DNA of 64,000 nucleotides from an uncultured virus (IMG/VR IMGVR_UViG_3300035701_006463) (IMGVR_UViG_3300035701_006463); one strand, 5' to 3'. Positions 29,693 to 38,866 are shown, counted from the first letter of the stretch. Notes: a model not told the origin generated them from the letters alone. Numbers and translations are program-made.

Positions 29693-30092
29693 TCCTCCTG
29701 ATTATGGCCTCCATCACATTGGCCTCCTCATTCATCTCCAGCATCCGTGCTTGACGAGCGAACAGTTTGAGTTGGGGGATGGCATTGGGTGTGACCTTCC
29801 AGTTGGCATAAGGATTTGATTCAACATTTATTTCTTGCTCCATTCTGTAAGCGGGGAATTTCTTATAATGAATATATCCGAGAATATGCCCTACTATATA
29901 GACTAAGATGAATAGGATGATAGTGAACTCTAGGAAGCTAGGAAATAATTGTTTTAGAAACGGGATGTGTTCGATGGCTAAGTAATACATGGTTGTGCTG
30001 AACGATAACATGCCTAAAGCAAATCCTAAGTAAAGTCCGTGTCCTGTGCGAAAATAGTAGAGACTCTTAAAAAAATATTCATACCACTTCAA
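29670..30092 (-). CDS. 2-TM membrane protein
   Basis: YYFRTGHGLYL...GYIHYKK. Confidence 0.6.
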   Translation of the reverse strand: MKWYEYFFKSLYYFRTGHGLYLGFALGMLSFSTTMYYLAIEHIPFLKQLFPSFLEFTIILFILVYIVGHILGYIHYKKFPAYRMEQEINVESNPYANWKVTPNAIPQLKLFARQARMLEMNEEANVMEAIIRRSESAKTV

Positions 30093-30291
30093 ACTTCTTC
30101 CCCCTAGAAAGCCAGAAAATGAATTTTATACCTGCTATAATGATTCCCAGGCATAGGAAGCCAAAGTTAACCAACTTCAGCGGAAAATAACTCATAAACC
30201 TAACTAGGTAAATGTAGAACATGGTTTCGTGATAACCACGGGATTCGATTAACTTGTTTACCTTACTAACACGACTAGGTTTGCTGGTCAA
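30079..30291 (-). CDS. Small membrane protein
   Basis: 70 aa, coupled. Confidence 0.5.
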   Translation of the reverse strand: MTSKPSRVSKVNKLIESRGYHETMFYIYLVRFMSYFPLKLVNFGFLCLGIIIAGIKFIFWLSRGKKFEVV

Positions 30292-31391
30292 TTTAATACC
30301 TCCTCATAAACCTTGATCAGCTTCTTAGCTACGGTGCTAGGATTGCAATGGCGGCTAACGTATTCTCGGCCTAATTTACCCATTTTTTGTCTATAGTTTT
30401 TGTCGGTTAATAGAATCATAGCGTCACAAATGTCACTAATTGAACATGCATTGACGACCGGTGGCTCCTCACCGAAAGCATCAGCCGTCCAGTGAGTCAT
30501 GTAGATACACAAGGGAGTACCGCATGACATGGCTTCAAGGCCTCCCGTTCCACTCCCGCCGATCGTGAACTGGTCGAAAACCGCATCAGCCTCAGAGTAG
30601 GCTCGGATGAGACGTGGCTTGCTCATCGGCTTAACCCATTCAACACGGTCAGATATACCGAGTTCGTTGACCAGCTTCTTAGCTGCCTCAACATCCTCAG
30701 CGTACCCCCAGTCAACGCATCGAAGCCGAGCCTCATAGCCGCCCTTCACGAAAGCCGCGAAAGCATAGAGCAGCTTATCGTTTCCCTTCACATCCCAAAC
30801 TTGACGTGCTGGATGAAAGAAGAGGAGGTTATCACTTTTCTCAGTTTTTATGGGCTTGTATTGTTCAGGGTCAATAACGAATGGAATATAATCCATCCTT
30901 TTAGGATTCAGGGATTTGACCATGTCATGTGTATCTGGATTAGTCCAAGTAACTCCTAAAGCCTCTCGGTAGCTACGCCGGCCGAGTTCAACCCCTACGC
31001 TCCGAATATCGTTAACGAGGTTTCTTACCCATCCAGCATCATAAACCATGAAGGGTTGGCCGCTGAATTGTAGGCAAACTGAGCTGGTGACGTGACAGTG
31101 AAGTAAATCGTAGCCTCGGGATACACGAAAGAGATTGCTAATTTTCAGCAACGTAAACTTGTACTTAGCTTCCCAGATCTTTATCCAATCAGGCAGATCG
31201 TAATGTTTTAGCACCTCCTTGAAATTGAACTGGTAGGGGTCCATCTCAATCTCTAAGTCCTCCCACATGGGAAGACCCATACCAAAGTCGTCAGCATCTA
31301 TTATGAGGTCACAATCAAATCCCTCTTTCCTCAGTGCCTTAACGGTTGAGTAACCATCATTAGCCATATTCAGAACATGGGCAACTCTCAT
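30288..31391 (-). CDS. GT4 glycosyltransferase
   Basis: FFHPARQ..KGND, DQFTIG..GLEAMSCGTP. Confidence 0.88.
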   Translation of the reverse strand: MRVAHVLNMANDGYSTVKALRKEGFDCDLIIDADDFGMGLPMWEDLEIEMDPYQFNFKEVLKHYDLPDWIKIWEAKYKFTLLKISNLFRVSRGYDLLHCHVTSSVCLQFSGQPFMVYDAGWVRNLVNDIRSVGVELGRRSYREALGVTWTNPDTHDMVKSLNPKRMDYIPFVIDPEQYKPIKTEKSDNLLFFHPARQVWDVKGNDKLLYAFAAFVKGGYEARLRCVDWGYAEDVEAAKKLVNELGISDRVEWVKPMSKPRLIRAYSEADAVFDQFTIGGSGTGGLEAMSCGTPLCIYMTHWTADAFGEEPPVVNACSISDICDAMILLTDKNYRQKMGKLGREYVSRHCNPSTVAKKLIKVYEEVLN

Positions 31392-32173
31392 TTAGATTCA
31401 CCTAATTTAGCCTTCAACCATTGTTCCGTGATCCAACAATTCACCAACATATTTGCTTCCTGATGCGTTTTAGGGCAAGGCACATTGAGGTAAGGTTGTA
31501 TTTCTCTCTCCCAGATGCTGGGGATCTCCCAGTTGATTCGCCCAGGAGTCTTGGGTTTTTCTAATACGAAGCTAGGGATAATTCCTTTATAGGCTTCCCT
31601 GAGGTTCTGTTTGTCGATGGGCGTATCATGTGGATCAATCCAGTAGGGGAGAGTCTTGTTTATATCCAAACGTAGGAAAGGTGTTTGTAAATTAAGGACA
31701 TAATGTTCAGCCAATATCATGTGAGTTGAAATACTCCACTCGATAGTCCCACCCCAGTATTCTTGATAGGTTCTCCGTGGGCGTTCCCAGTATCCACCGA
31801 AGTGTTCATCGGGCCCCTCACCGACGTAGATGTTCTGTCTTTTATCTTTATTCGCTGCTTTGTAAGCATAGCATGGCCAGAGGTTGAATCTGGGTTTATC
31901 TAAGATTGGCATAAGTTTCCTGAAAGTTTCAAGAATTCTATCGGCACGTATCTCGGTATGCCTTGATTCATAGTGTTTGGCTACTCTCCAAGCGTCCTCA
32001 AATTCGTTCTGTTCTGGGAGACCTACTGTGTAGGTGAATATCTGTTCCTCGGTTTTCTCGGTGAGGTGGTGTAGGAGGATCGTTGAGTCTAAACCGCCAC
32101 TGATGAGGACTGCGGGTTTAGATGTAGGTTGAACAGCATCACGGAGAAGATCGACGAGGTGTTTATTCGTCAT
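31388..32173 (-). CDS. Asparagine synthase-like ATP pyrophosphatase domain (glycan amidation?)
   Basis: ISGGLDST, GEGPDEHFGGY; no glutaminase domain. Confidence 0.8.
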   Translation of the reverse strand: MTNKHLVDLLRDAVQPTSKPAVLISGGLDSTILLHHLTEKTEEQIFTYTVGLPEQNEFEDAWRVAKHYESRHTEIRADRILETFRKLMPILDKPRFNLWPCYAYKAANKDKRQNIYVGEGPDEHFGGYWERPRRTYQEYWGGTIEWSISTHMILAEHYVLNLQTPFLRLDINKTLPYWIDPHDTPIDKQNLREAYKGIIPSFVLEKPKTPGRINWEIPSIWEREIQPYLNVPCPKTHQEANMLVNCWITEQWLKAKLGESK

Positions 32174-32467
32174 TACGGAAGCTCCCCATCTTCCCGTTTT
32201 TCACTCATTATGTCAACCACTCACCACATGGGCATGATGTTGATTCAGACGTCATATTATCTATAATTAAATATAGGTATCATAATATAAATATTATTCT
32301 GGTACAATTCAGCTGAATTTTATTGACCATAAAGTATATATATACAGAGTAGTCTCTAAATTTAATAATCATACAGTTGGCCTGATACCATAATATCACA
32401 ACAACGCTACATCTACGAGCAAACGTGGCATAAAACATTTTGGAACTACCACGAGCCTAAGCTAAAA

Positions 32468-33088
32468 ATGGTTCTGGATATGCTAGAGGACGTGAGCTCC
32501 GACGTGGTACTAGACGTTGGATGCGGGGATGGGGAAATTTCTAGGGCCATACAGGATCACGTGGACGGAGTGGTTGTTGGTGTTGATATTTCGAGAAGTC
32601 TCACTAGGGTGGCATCAAAACGACTGGACAACCTTATCATTGGAGACGTTGAACGTTGGTTACCGTTTAGGTTTCAGGTTTTCGACTTGTGCACTGGGTT
32701 GGATGTCATAGAACATGTTGTCGATACCGATGGTTTTCTCGTGGGGCTATACAATGTTCTTAAGCCCGGTGGGCACCTTATTATCGTGACACCGAACTTA
32801 GCGAGTTTGGTCGAGAGACTGTTGTTATTGTTTGGTTTTCAACCACAGAACGTGGAGGTCTCCAGAGTAGCTAAGTTTGGGTCTTTTAGTAAGACTCCAC
32901 CTGTCGGGCATTTCAGGGGTTTCACTTGGCCGGCTTTGAGGGATATGTTGGAGTATTACAAGTTCAAGGTTGTGGATTTTAGGGTTACGACATATTACAG
33001 TGGGGTGTTGAAAGTGATGGACTCGATGGCCGGTAGGGTGAGAAAGACGTTAGGGTCTCTTTTTGTAGTGTTATGCAGGAAGGTTTAA
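32468..33088 (+). CDS. Class I SAM-dependent methyltransferase
   Basis: VLDVGCGDG, DVIEH, IIVTPNLA; frame open upstream to 32369. Confidence 0.9.
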   Translation: MVLDMLEDVSSDVVLDVGCGDGEISRAIQDHVDGVVVGVDISRSLTRVASKRLDNLIIGDVERWLPFRFQVFDLCTGLDVIEHVVDTDGFLVGLYNVLKPGGHLIIVTPNLASLVERLLLLFGFQPQNVEVSRVAKFGSFSKTPPVGHFRGFTWPALRDMLEYYKFKVVDFRVTTYYSGVLKVMDSMAGRVRKTLGSLFVVLCRKV

Positions 33089-33112
33089 CCAATAAATTTA
33101 TAAATAATAAAA
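33086..33112 (+). promoter_or_regulatory. Class 1 promoter, identical 27-bp repeat copy 2
   Basis: TAACCAATAAATTTATAAATAATAAAA. Confidence 0.85.
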
Positions 33113-33125
33113 GATATTACTATAT

Positions 33126-33385
33126 AGGTGGTTAGGAACCTGAGGAAAGGTGAAAGTAGGGTGGACGGCTCCCGACCTGCGAAGAGCGAAAGCGGATTGA
33201 CCGGTGAGGTAAGTAGCAGGATCCGTCACCTGATCAGTAGCCCCTCACAAGGTTCCGGAGTACGTTAACTACTTGAAGTGGCTACGATGGAATGGTGAAC
33301 TACTCGATGTTCTAGTTACAGGTGCCGATAGTGATCTGTTGATATCGATCCCAACTGTACCTTAGATATCGTCCCAATATTTTTT
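33126..33385 (+). ncRNA. Structured non-coding RNA with canonical BHB motif
   Basis: GGAACCT-GAGG-AAA-GGT ... GCC-CCTC-ACA-AGGTTCC (33135-33256), nested stems, own promoter, T-run at 33380. Confidence 0.75.
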
Positions 33386-33392
33386 CTGAAAC

Positions 33393-33421
33393 AAAAGTCT
33401 TATATATGATAAATCGATAAT
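33393..33421 (+). promoter_or_regulatory. Class 2 promoter
   Basis: AAAAGTCTTATATATGATAAATCGAT. Confidence 0.7.
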
Positions 33422-33444
33422 GATAAATAGGGAAGTTGAGCTGA

Positions 33445-33996
33445 ATGAGTTTATTATCCAGAAAACCTCCGACTCGTCATCAGGTTGATCCATACGTCCG
33501 TGGTAACGGTACGTTTGTCAACGCATACTGGCGTGGGCAGGGCATACCTATGCGTCAGTCGAGCAGGATAGTGAAGTGGGAAAAGCCCGCCATACCTGTT
33601 GACTCGCCTGTCAAGGGTGATGTTATCGACCCGCTGATTCTTAGCTACAACTACGACTACAAAGAGAAAACCGCGCGTCCTGTCTCCTTCCGATTGAGTC
33701 TCATAACTTCTGAAGATGTCCGTGGATACGAGAACGAGGAATGGCTGGAGATGTTCCTCAAGGTGTTCCCAAACATAGACAACTCCATTCGTGAGGGATA
33801 CACAGTGGACGATGTCTCTACGGAGCATAGTCCGTTTGAGTGGGATCGATGGATTATCACCCTCAGCCTAAGACATAATGTACCAGAGGTTGAGACCAAA
33901 GATGTGGAGAAGAAGTATGTGGAGCGTCTGGCTAGGAAAACACTTCCTTCTCCACAAGCGGTCGAGGAAGAGTTTGAGGAGACGGAGGGGGCTTAA
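33445..33996 (+). CDS. Hypothetical protein with N-terminal H-x-V-xx-Y-x-R-x-x-G-T-x-V motif
   Basis: RHQVDPYVRGNGTFVNAYWRGQG. Confidence 0.7.
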   Translation: MSLLSRKPPTRHQVDPYVRGNGTFVNAYWRGQGIPMRQSSRIVKWEKPAIPVDSPVKGDVIDPLILSYNYDYKEKTARPVSFRLSLITSEDVRGYENEEWLEMFLKVFPNIDNSIREGYTVDDVSTEHSPFEWDRWIITLSLRHNVPEVETKDVEKKYVERLARKTLPSPQAVEEEFEETEGA

Positions 33997-34779
33997 ATGG
34001 TGAGAAGGTCTCCTTATGTACATCCCGTCACTGCTTACAGCAGGCATGACGGTACGAGGGTCAAGAATCACATACGGGGAGCGGGAGCAGCTTATGTTCC
34101 CAAGCGTCCTCGGAAGAGGGTCGGTATGTCTGATGAAAATAAAAACATAGGTCCACATGCCTTTACTGTTGACTTTACATACGGTCCAAATGACGGAGAA
34201 GCTGTCATTGTCATAGCGGATACTTTTCCCCGGGCACTAGACGAGGCCTACGAAGAAAGGACCGATCCCCGTAACCCTATCGAGATCGAGATAACCGATC
34301 CCAGTTTGGGAGCTGTTCTCAAGTTCATTGGTGAGGGTGCAAAGGTGGCTGGAAAGTACACCCTAGCGGGCATGAGAAAGGCTGGTGAGCTGGGGGCAAA
34401 ATTCGCTATCCGCGGAGGACATGTGGCTGAACAGGCAGCTATAGCGGCTGCCCCATATGTCAAGCGGGGTGTGGTGGGTGGGGCTAGACTAGCTGGTAAA
34501 GGCATTGGTGTAGGTGTTGTGACTGGAGCTAGAGGTGTAAGGGCGGTTTTAGCTGAATCCTCTCGTATGGCTCTATATGAGATCGATCGTGCTAAGGTCA
34601 GACGGATGATAGCGCAGGCGTATTCCCATAGTCCTGTTGAAGCTAAGGCAGCGCGTGCGGCACTATATATGCACTATCCTGATGTTTATGATCTTTGTCA
34701 TTTTTCGCGGGACGAGCCAATAATTGAGTATGGAAAGCGTTACGTGACTAGGCACGGGAAACATTACGTGGTCGGTTAG
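33997..34779 (+). CDS. Hypothetical protein with the same N-terminal motif and Gly/Ala-rich repeats
   Basis: VHPVTAYSRHDGTRVKNHIRGAG. Confidence 0.7.
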   Translation: MVRRSPYVHPVTAYSRHDGTRVKNHIRGAGAAYVPKRPRKRVGMSDENKNIGPHAFTVDFTYGPNDGEAVIVIADTFPRALDEAYEERTDPRNPIEIEITDPSLGAVLKFIGEGAKVAGKYTLAGMRKAGELGAKFAIRGGHVAEQAAIAAAPYVKRGVVGGARLAGKGIGVGVVTGARGVRAVLAESSRMALYEIDRAKVRRMIAQAYSHSPVEAKAARAALYMHYPDVYDLCHFSRDEPIIEYGKRYVTRHGKHYVVG

Positions 34780-35799
34780 ATGTGCCCCCGGGTAGACATC
34801 ACGAAAAACTACTACCGCTGTAGACAGAGAGACCCCGGTTTATTTTCTCGTCTTTTTACTCCCGCGTGGGCTGCTAGAGTAGCCGGTTCTGAGATCAAGG
34901 GTTCGAAGGTCGTAACAGGCCGGCTGAAAAAGAAGGTCAAGGACAAGTACGTGTGGAGGGTTCAGACCGTCCTCATACCTAAGAAACCCGGCGTGAACCG
35001 TGAGGTGGCTGCGAAGGCTGCGAGACGTATCAGGAGGAAAGTGGAGGGTAGGTGAGAAAAATGGTAAAGAAACGTTTACGTGGTTATAATCCCATAAGGA
35101 CTTTTGGGGGTGAAATTTACGAGTATGCAGGATGCTATGATAAGAAAACTACAGCTCGAACAAAGGCAGAGAACATCAGGGACATCGGCAACTATGCTCG
35201 TGTCATCCGCGGTAGGAAGGGTTATCTGCTGTACGTGAGGCTGGAGTAGGGTGAGTAATAAGTGAGTGAAAAGGAGGCCAAGTCAAAAAAAGAGAGACGT
35301 CTACTTGGGCGAGATGAGCGACCGAAACCCCTTACCAAGAAGGAACGTAAGGAGAGACGGATGAAAAAGAGATTCAAGGAGGAGAAGTAAAAACCGGGCG
35401 GTTTGTGGAAATGGTAAAGAAAGACAAGCGTAAACAGAAAACTAAAGAGAAACTTGCTGTGATGCCCGACTGGAAGAAGAAACAGAGGTCCAATATCAAG
35501 AAATTTGTTAAGTGAGGCTGGGGGTTGACTTCAAAGCACAAGAAGATGTCCCCGAAGGGTGATAAAAAGCGAATGAAGAGGAAGCGAAGGGAGAATTGAA
35601 GATCACAAAAAAGGGTAATACTAGAAAAACCCGTTCTGATAAGGGAGTTCTTAGGAAAGGACTAAAATGTCCTAGTTGTGGTAGGGCAGCACTAGAACAG
35701 CAGGGTTGGTATTGGAGATGTACGAAATGTAAAAAATATTTCCAGAAGGGATTTGACGGTAAATTAAGTGAATTTAACTATAGGAGGATAGGACCTTAA
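34780..35799 (+). CDS. Second cluster of small basic proteins (34780..35055, 35052..35249, 35262..35390, 35411..35515, 35525..35599, 35596..35799)
   Basis: Coupled Lys/Arg-rich ORFs; the last has CPSC...CTKC. Confidence 0.6.
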
Positions 35800-36239
35800 T
35801 GACTCGTAAACTTCCAATTCGTCACCACGTCCGTGGTCACAAGAGACTTGATAAAAACGTGAGCGGGTTTTGGCGTGGAAAAGACTCTCCCCAACTCAGA
35901 CACCATGTTGTAGAACCGGTTGGTGGTTTTAACAAACATCTCCTTGGCGTTATGAATGGTTACAAGGTCTATCTGGTTAACGGTACCTACGTCCGGGACC
36001 ACTACGATATAAACTTCACAATGGGTTCGCACGGGCAAGCGGACAAGTTTGTTCCGAAGGACGAGGTCTGGATAGATGATGAGTTGTCGGAGTTCGAGCG
36101 TGAGTCGTTGATACGTCATGAGTTACACGAGGCGGAGCTGATGAAGGACGGTATGTCCTACGAAAAGGCACATGAGAGTGCATGCAAAGTTGAAGAGGAA
36201 TTCAGGGAAAAGAGTTCGAGTGGTTTATCTAACCAATAA
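35799..36239 (+). CDS. Metallopeptidase-like protein with the shared N-terminal motif
   Basis: RHHVRGHKRLDKNVSGFWRG; RHELHEAELMKDGMSYEKAH. Confidence 0.65.
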   Translation: MTRKLPIRHHVRGHKRLDKNVSGFWRGKDSPQLRHHVVEPVGGFNKHLLGVMNGYKVYLVNGTYVRDHYDINFTMGSHGQADKFVPKDEVWIDDELSEFERESLIRHELHEAELMKDGMSYEKAHESACKVEEEFREKSSSGLSNQ

Positions 36240-36256
36240 ATTTATAAATAATAAAA
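36230..36256 (+). promoter_or_regulatory. Class 1 promoter, identical 27-bp repeat copy 3
   Basis: TAACCAATAAATTTATAAATAATAAAA. Confidence 0.85.
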
Positions 36257-36268
36257 TACCTTTACTAT

Positions 36269-36577
36269 ATGAGTGAGTCCTCGGTGACAAACAAACGTAA
36301 CGATCGTGCAAAGCGTCAGCGAAAAACACTCATAGAACGTTTCGGGGGAAAGTGTCAGAACCCAAATTGTGGGTCAACTTCTGAACTACAGTTTGCCCAC
36401 GTTGAACCCACGAAACTCAGTGCCATCAGTAGGGGTAGAGGCAGAAAGGAGCGTCTGAGTGACGTCTCAAAGCACCCAGAGTGTTACGCCCTCCTATGTG
36501 AGGAGTGTCATAGGGCTTTTGACTCTGGAGCGGTGTTACCCGAGGATATGGGGCTGGCTAGACCAAAAAATTTATAA
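36269..36577 (+). CDS. HNH-like endonuclease
   Basis: GGKCQNPNCG...LQFAHV...LLCEECH. Confidence 0.7.
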   Translation: MSESSVTNKRNDRAKRQRKTLIERFGGKCQNPNCGSTSELQFAHVEPTKLSAISRGRGRKERLSDVSKHPECYALLCEECHRAFDSGAVLPEDMGLARPKNL

Positions 36578-36586
36578 ATGATAAAA
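36561..36586 (+). promoter_or_regulatory. Class 1 promoter variant
   Basis: GACCAAAAAATTTATAAATGATAAAA. Confidence 0.75.
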
Positions 36587-36625
36587 TATATTATAATATA
36601 GAGGGTTATCAAAGGTGAAAAAGGA

Positions 36626-37177
36626 ATGAAGTGTAGTTGTGGAAATGAAGTATTGAAGGACGCAAGATACTGTTCTGAGTGCGGTGTTGTTTTACCATCA
36701 ATGTTGATTGGCAGTGCGGGAACCAAGTTAATTTATCCATATAATAAGACTTTAGATTATGCAGGAATTGTTGGAAAACAACAGAAACTCATAGAGTCAC
36801 TGGGTTTTGTTCACACGCATGAAAACCCAATATGGGTTTATCCTAAATATGTTAATGACACCATAAAAAAAGGAGGGGGTTTTTGGGATTGTGTTAAAGG
36901 AACCCGTGTAGGGATCTCAAGTTGCATCGCCGAAGTTTTCCTTCCTTCTAAGCCTCAACTCATATCGGGTGTAACTGTTGATAGTAAGGAAGAGATTATA
37001 GTGAAGTATAGTATTTATGGAAATTCCTTTGATGCAGCTGAAACAATAGCGAGGGGTCTTCTTCAGCTTGGATTTGATGTTAAATTAGTAGCGGGTACAT
37101 ATCTTGGTAGTGAAGAATGGTATTACGATTTGGGACAACATAGATTTAGGAAGGCTGAATATATATCAATGATTTAA
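36626..37177 (+). CDS. Zn-ribbon protein
   Basis: CSCG...YCSECG. Confidence 0.65.
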   Translation: MKCSCGNEVLKDARYCSECGVVLPSMLIGSAGTKLIYPYNKTLDYAGIVGKQQKLIESLGFVHTHENPIWVYPKYVNDTIKKGGGFWDCVKGTRVGISSCIAEVFLPSKPQLISGVTVDSKEEIIVKYSIYGNSFDAAETIARGLLQLGFDVKLVAGTYLGSEEWYYDLGQHRFRKAEYISMI

Positions 37178-37190
37178 GTGGTGAAGACTG

Positions 37191-37424
37191 ATGGTGGATG
37201 AAAAAGTAGAACTCATGGACGGAGTTGTCTCTGTCCTAGAGGTTGACCCGTTCAGTGACAAGCTGGTCAATCTTTATCTCCAAAAGCGTTTTTGGGAGTA
37301 CTTGGCCCGCCGGTTTGGTGGTAACAAGATAACTGTCACCATACGCGGATCGTTCGAGGTGCCAGCCCACGTTGTTGAGGCCCAGGACGAGGCCGTTATG
37401 AAGGAGTTCTTCAGGGGGGAGTAG
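37191..37424 (+). CDS. Hypothetical protein
   Basis: GGTGA RBS; 77 aa. Confidence 0.6.
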   Translation: MVDEKVELMDGVVSVLEVDPFSDKLVNLYLQKRFWEYLARRFGGNKITVTIRGSFEVPAHVVEAQDEAVMKEFFRGE

Positions 37425-37666
37425 TGCTGGATATAACTGAGCAGCCTAAGGTTGAGGGCAAGTACATGCCCTTTGAGACAGTAAATGAGTCATGGAACGA
37501 GTACGCCCTCTTGGACGGAAATACGCTTCTCGTGAAGCTGGTCTTAACAAAGGTATTGAAGACGGACCGGAAGAAGCCAACTGGTGAGCCGATCTATAAT
37601 ATTGAATTCAATCCTGTGGTAACGGCTTACACCAAAGAGCAGGGATACGTTCAAGCTAAGAGGTGA
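37424..37666 (+). CDS. Conserved-looking beta-rich hypothetical protein
   Basis: ESWNEYALLDG...GEPIY. Confidence 0.6.
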   Translation: MLDITEQPKVEGKYMPFETVNESWNEYALLDGNTLLVKLVLTKVLKTDRKKPTGEPIYNIEFNPVVTAYTKEQGYVQAKR

Positions 37667-37712
37667 TGAGTGGAGTGCTCAACATTGATGCTGAGAGGGT
37701 TCGGAGTAATAA

Positions 37713-37738
37713 AACCAAAAATTTATAAATAATCAATA
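37713..37738 (+). promoter_or_regulatory. Class 1 promoter variant
   Basis: AACCAAAAATTTATAAATAATCAATA. Confidence 0.75.
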
Positions 37739-37760
37739 ATCATATATAAATAGATAAAAG

Positions 37761-38048
37761 ATGGCTAGTATGGTTGAAAAAGTCGAAAAAGTGGACATAG
37801 TCTGGCCCAAACCTGAGACCAAATACTTCGAGATCCTAAAGAGCATAGACACACTATCTAAGAACTCTACTGGAGGCCGGGTACCGCTCGGCGAGATATA
37901 CGTGGTGATAAAGGGCGCAAGGGAGTCTCTGAGGGAAATACTGTGGCTCCTCAAGAACAAGGGGCTCGTGGAGACCCCAATGCGCGGGTTCTATGGTCTG
38001 ACGGATGCTGGTAGAGAAGTCATTGTTAGTCATGCCGAACAGGGTTAA
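37761..38048 (+). CDS. Winged-helix DNA-binding protein
   Basis: LREILWLLKNKGLVE...YGLTDAGRE. Confidence 0.75.
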   Translation: MASMVEKVEKVDIVWPKPETKYFEILKSIDTLSKNSTGGRVPLGEIYVVIKGARESLREILWLLKNKGLVETPMRGFYGLTDAGREVIVSHAEQG

Positions 38049-38051
38049 CAA

Positions 38052-38186
38052 ATGTCACAGCAAACACTGATCAGGTGCCCACGCTGTTTCGGTACCAACG
38101 TGATCGATCACCCGACCAAACACGGATGGCTCCTTTGTCGTGAGTGTCACCACGAGTTCCTTGAAGACGATGTGATGAACCCGTGA
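38052..38186 (+). CDS. Small Zn-ribbon protein (44 aa)
   Basis: Hand-translated CPRCFGTNVID...CRECHHEF. Confidence 0.65.
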   Translation: MSQQTLIRCPRCFGTNVIDHPTKHGWLLCRECHHEFLEDDVMNP

Positions 38187-38198
38187 TAAACCGGTTGT

Positions 38199-38226
38199 CT
38201 GATCACTGATCACTGATCACGATCAC
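38199..38226. repeat. (CTGATCA)x3 plus CGATCAC tandem repeat
   Basis: Read directly from sequence. Confidence 0.9.
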
Positions 38227-38261
38227 ACAAAACAACCACCCCACCAGTCCGGTGATCCACC

Positions 38262-38813
38262 ACGATCAACAACCTTTCGCTCACCTGTTCCCTGTGCCCC
38301 GATCTCTCCGCCCACCGCCACTCCATAGTCCATGGCGTCGGCCCAATCCCCTCACCCCTCCTCCTGATCGGCGAAGCACCCGGCCGCTCCGAGGACGCTC
38401 TCGCCACCCCCTTCGTCGGCCCAGCAGGCCGCATCCTCTCCTCCCTCCTCGCCTCCTCTGGCCTCCCCCGTTCGTCCATCTACATCACAAACCTCGTCAA
38501 GTGCCGCCCCACCACCCCCGCCGGCACCAACCGCACCCCCACCCCAGCCGAAATCTCGTCATGCTCCCCGCGTCTCCTCTCCGAAATCACCATGGTCGCA
38601 CCAAAACTCATCGCCCCACTCGGTGCAACAGCACTCTCCTTCTTCTCACCCCTACCCCTCTCCGCCGTCCACGGCACAATATTAGAATGGAACAGCCACA
38701 TACTCATCCCGCTGTACCACCCAGCCGTCGCCCTCTACGATCCGAGCACGCTCCCCACCCTCACCCGCGACATATCATTCGTCAAACTCACCCTCGACTC
38801 CCTCAACCACTGA
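38262..38813 (+). CDS. udg: Uracil-DNA glycosylase, family 4 (Fe-S), probable ACG start
   Basis: CSLC, IGEAPGRSED...PFVGPAG, ITNLVKCRP, NRTP, YHPA in one frame with no ATG/GTG/TTG before 38592. Confidence 0.88.
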   Translation, partial: TINNLSLTCSLCPDLSAHRHSIVHGVGPIPSPLLLIGEAPGRSEDALATPFVGPAGRILSSLLASSGLPRSSIYITNLVKCRPTTPAGTNRTPTPAEISSCSPRLLSEITMVAPKLIAPLGATALSFFSPLPLSAVHGTILEWNSHILIPLYHPAVALYDPSTLPTLTRDISFVKLTLDSLNH

Positions 38814-38866
38814 ATGAATGAATGAAGAATTCTCCTCTCCCTTCAACCCCCATATAAATTCAGTCT

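Noticed and set aside
33135..33256. Hammerhead reading of CTGAGGA...GAAA, or RNase P/SRP identity
   Set aside because: No stem II and no UH cleavage site; the RNase P P4 partner and the SRP helix 8 CAGG are missing.
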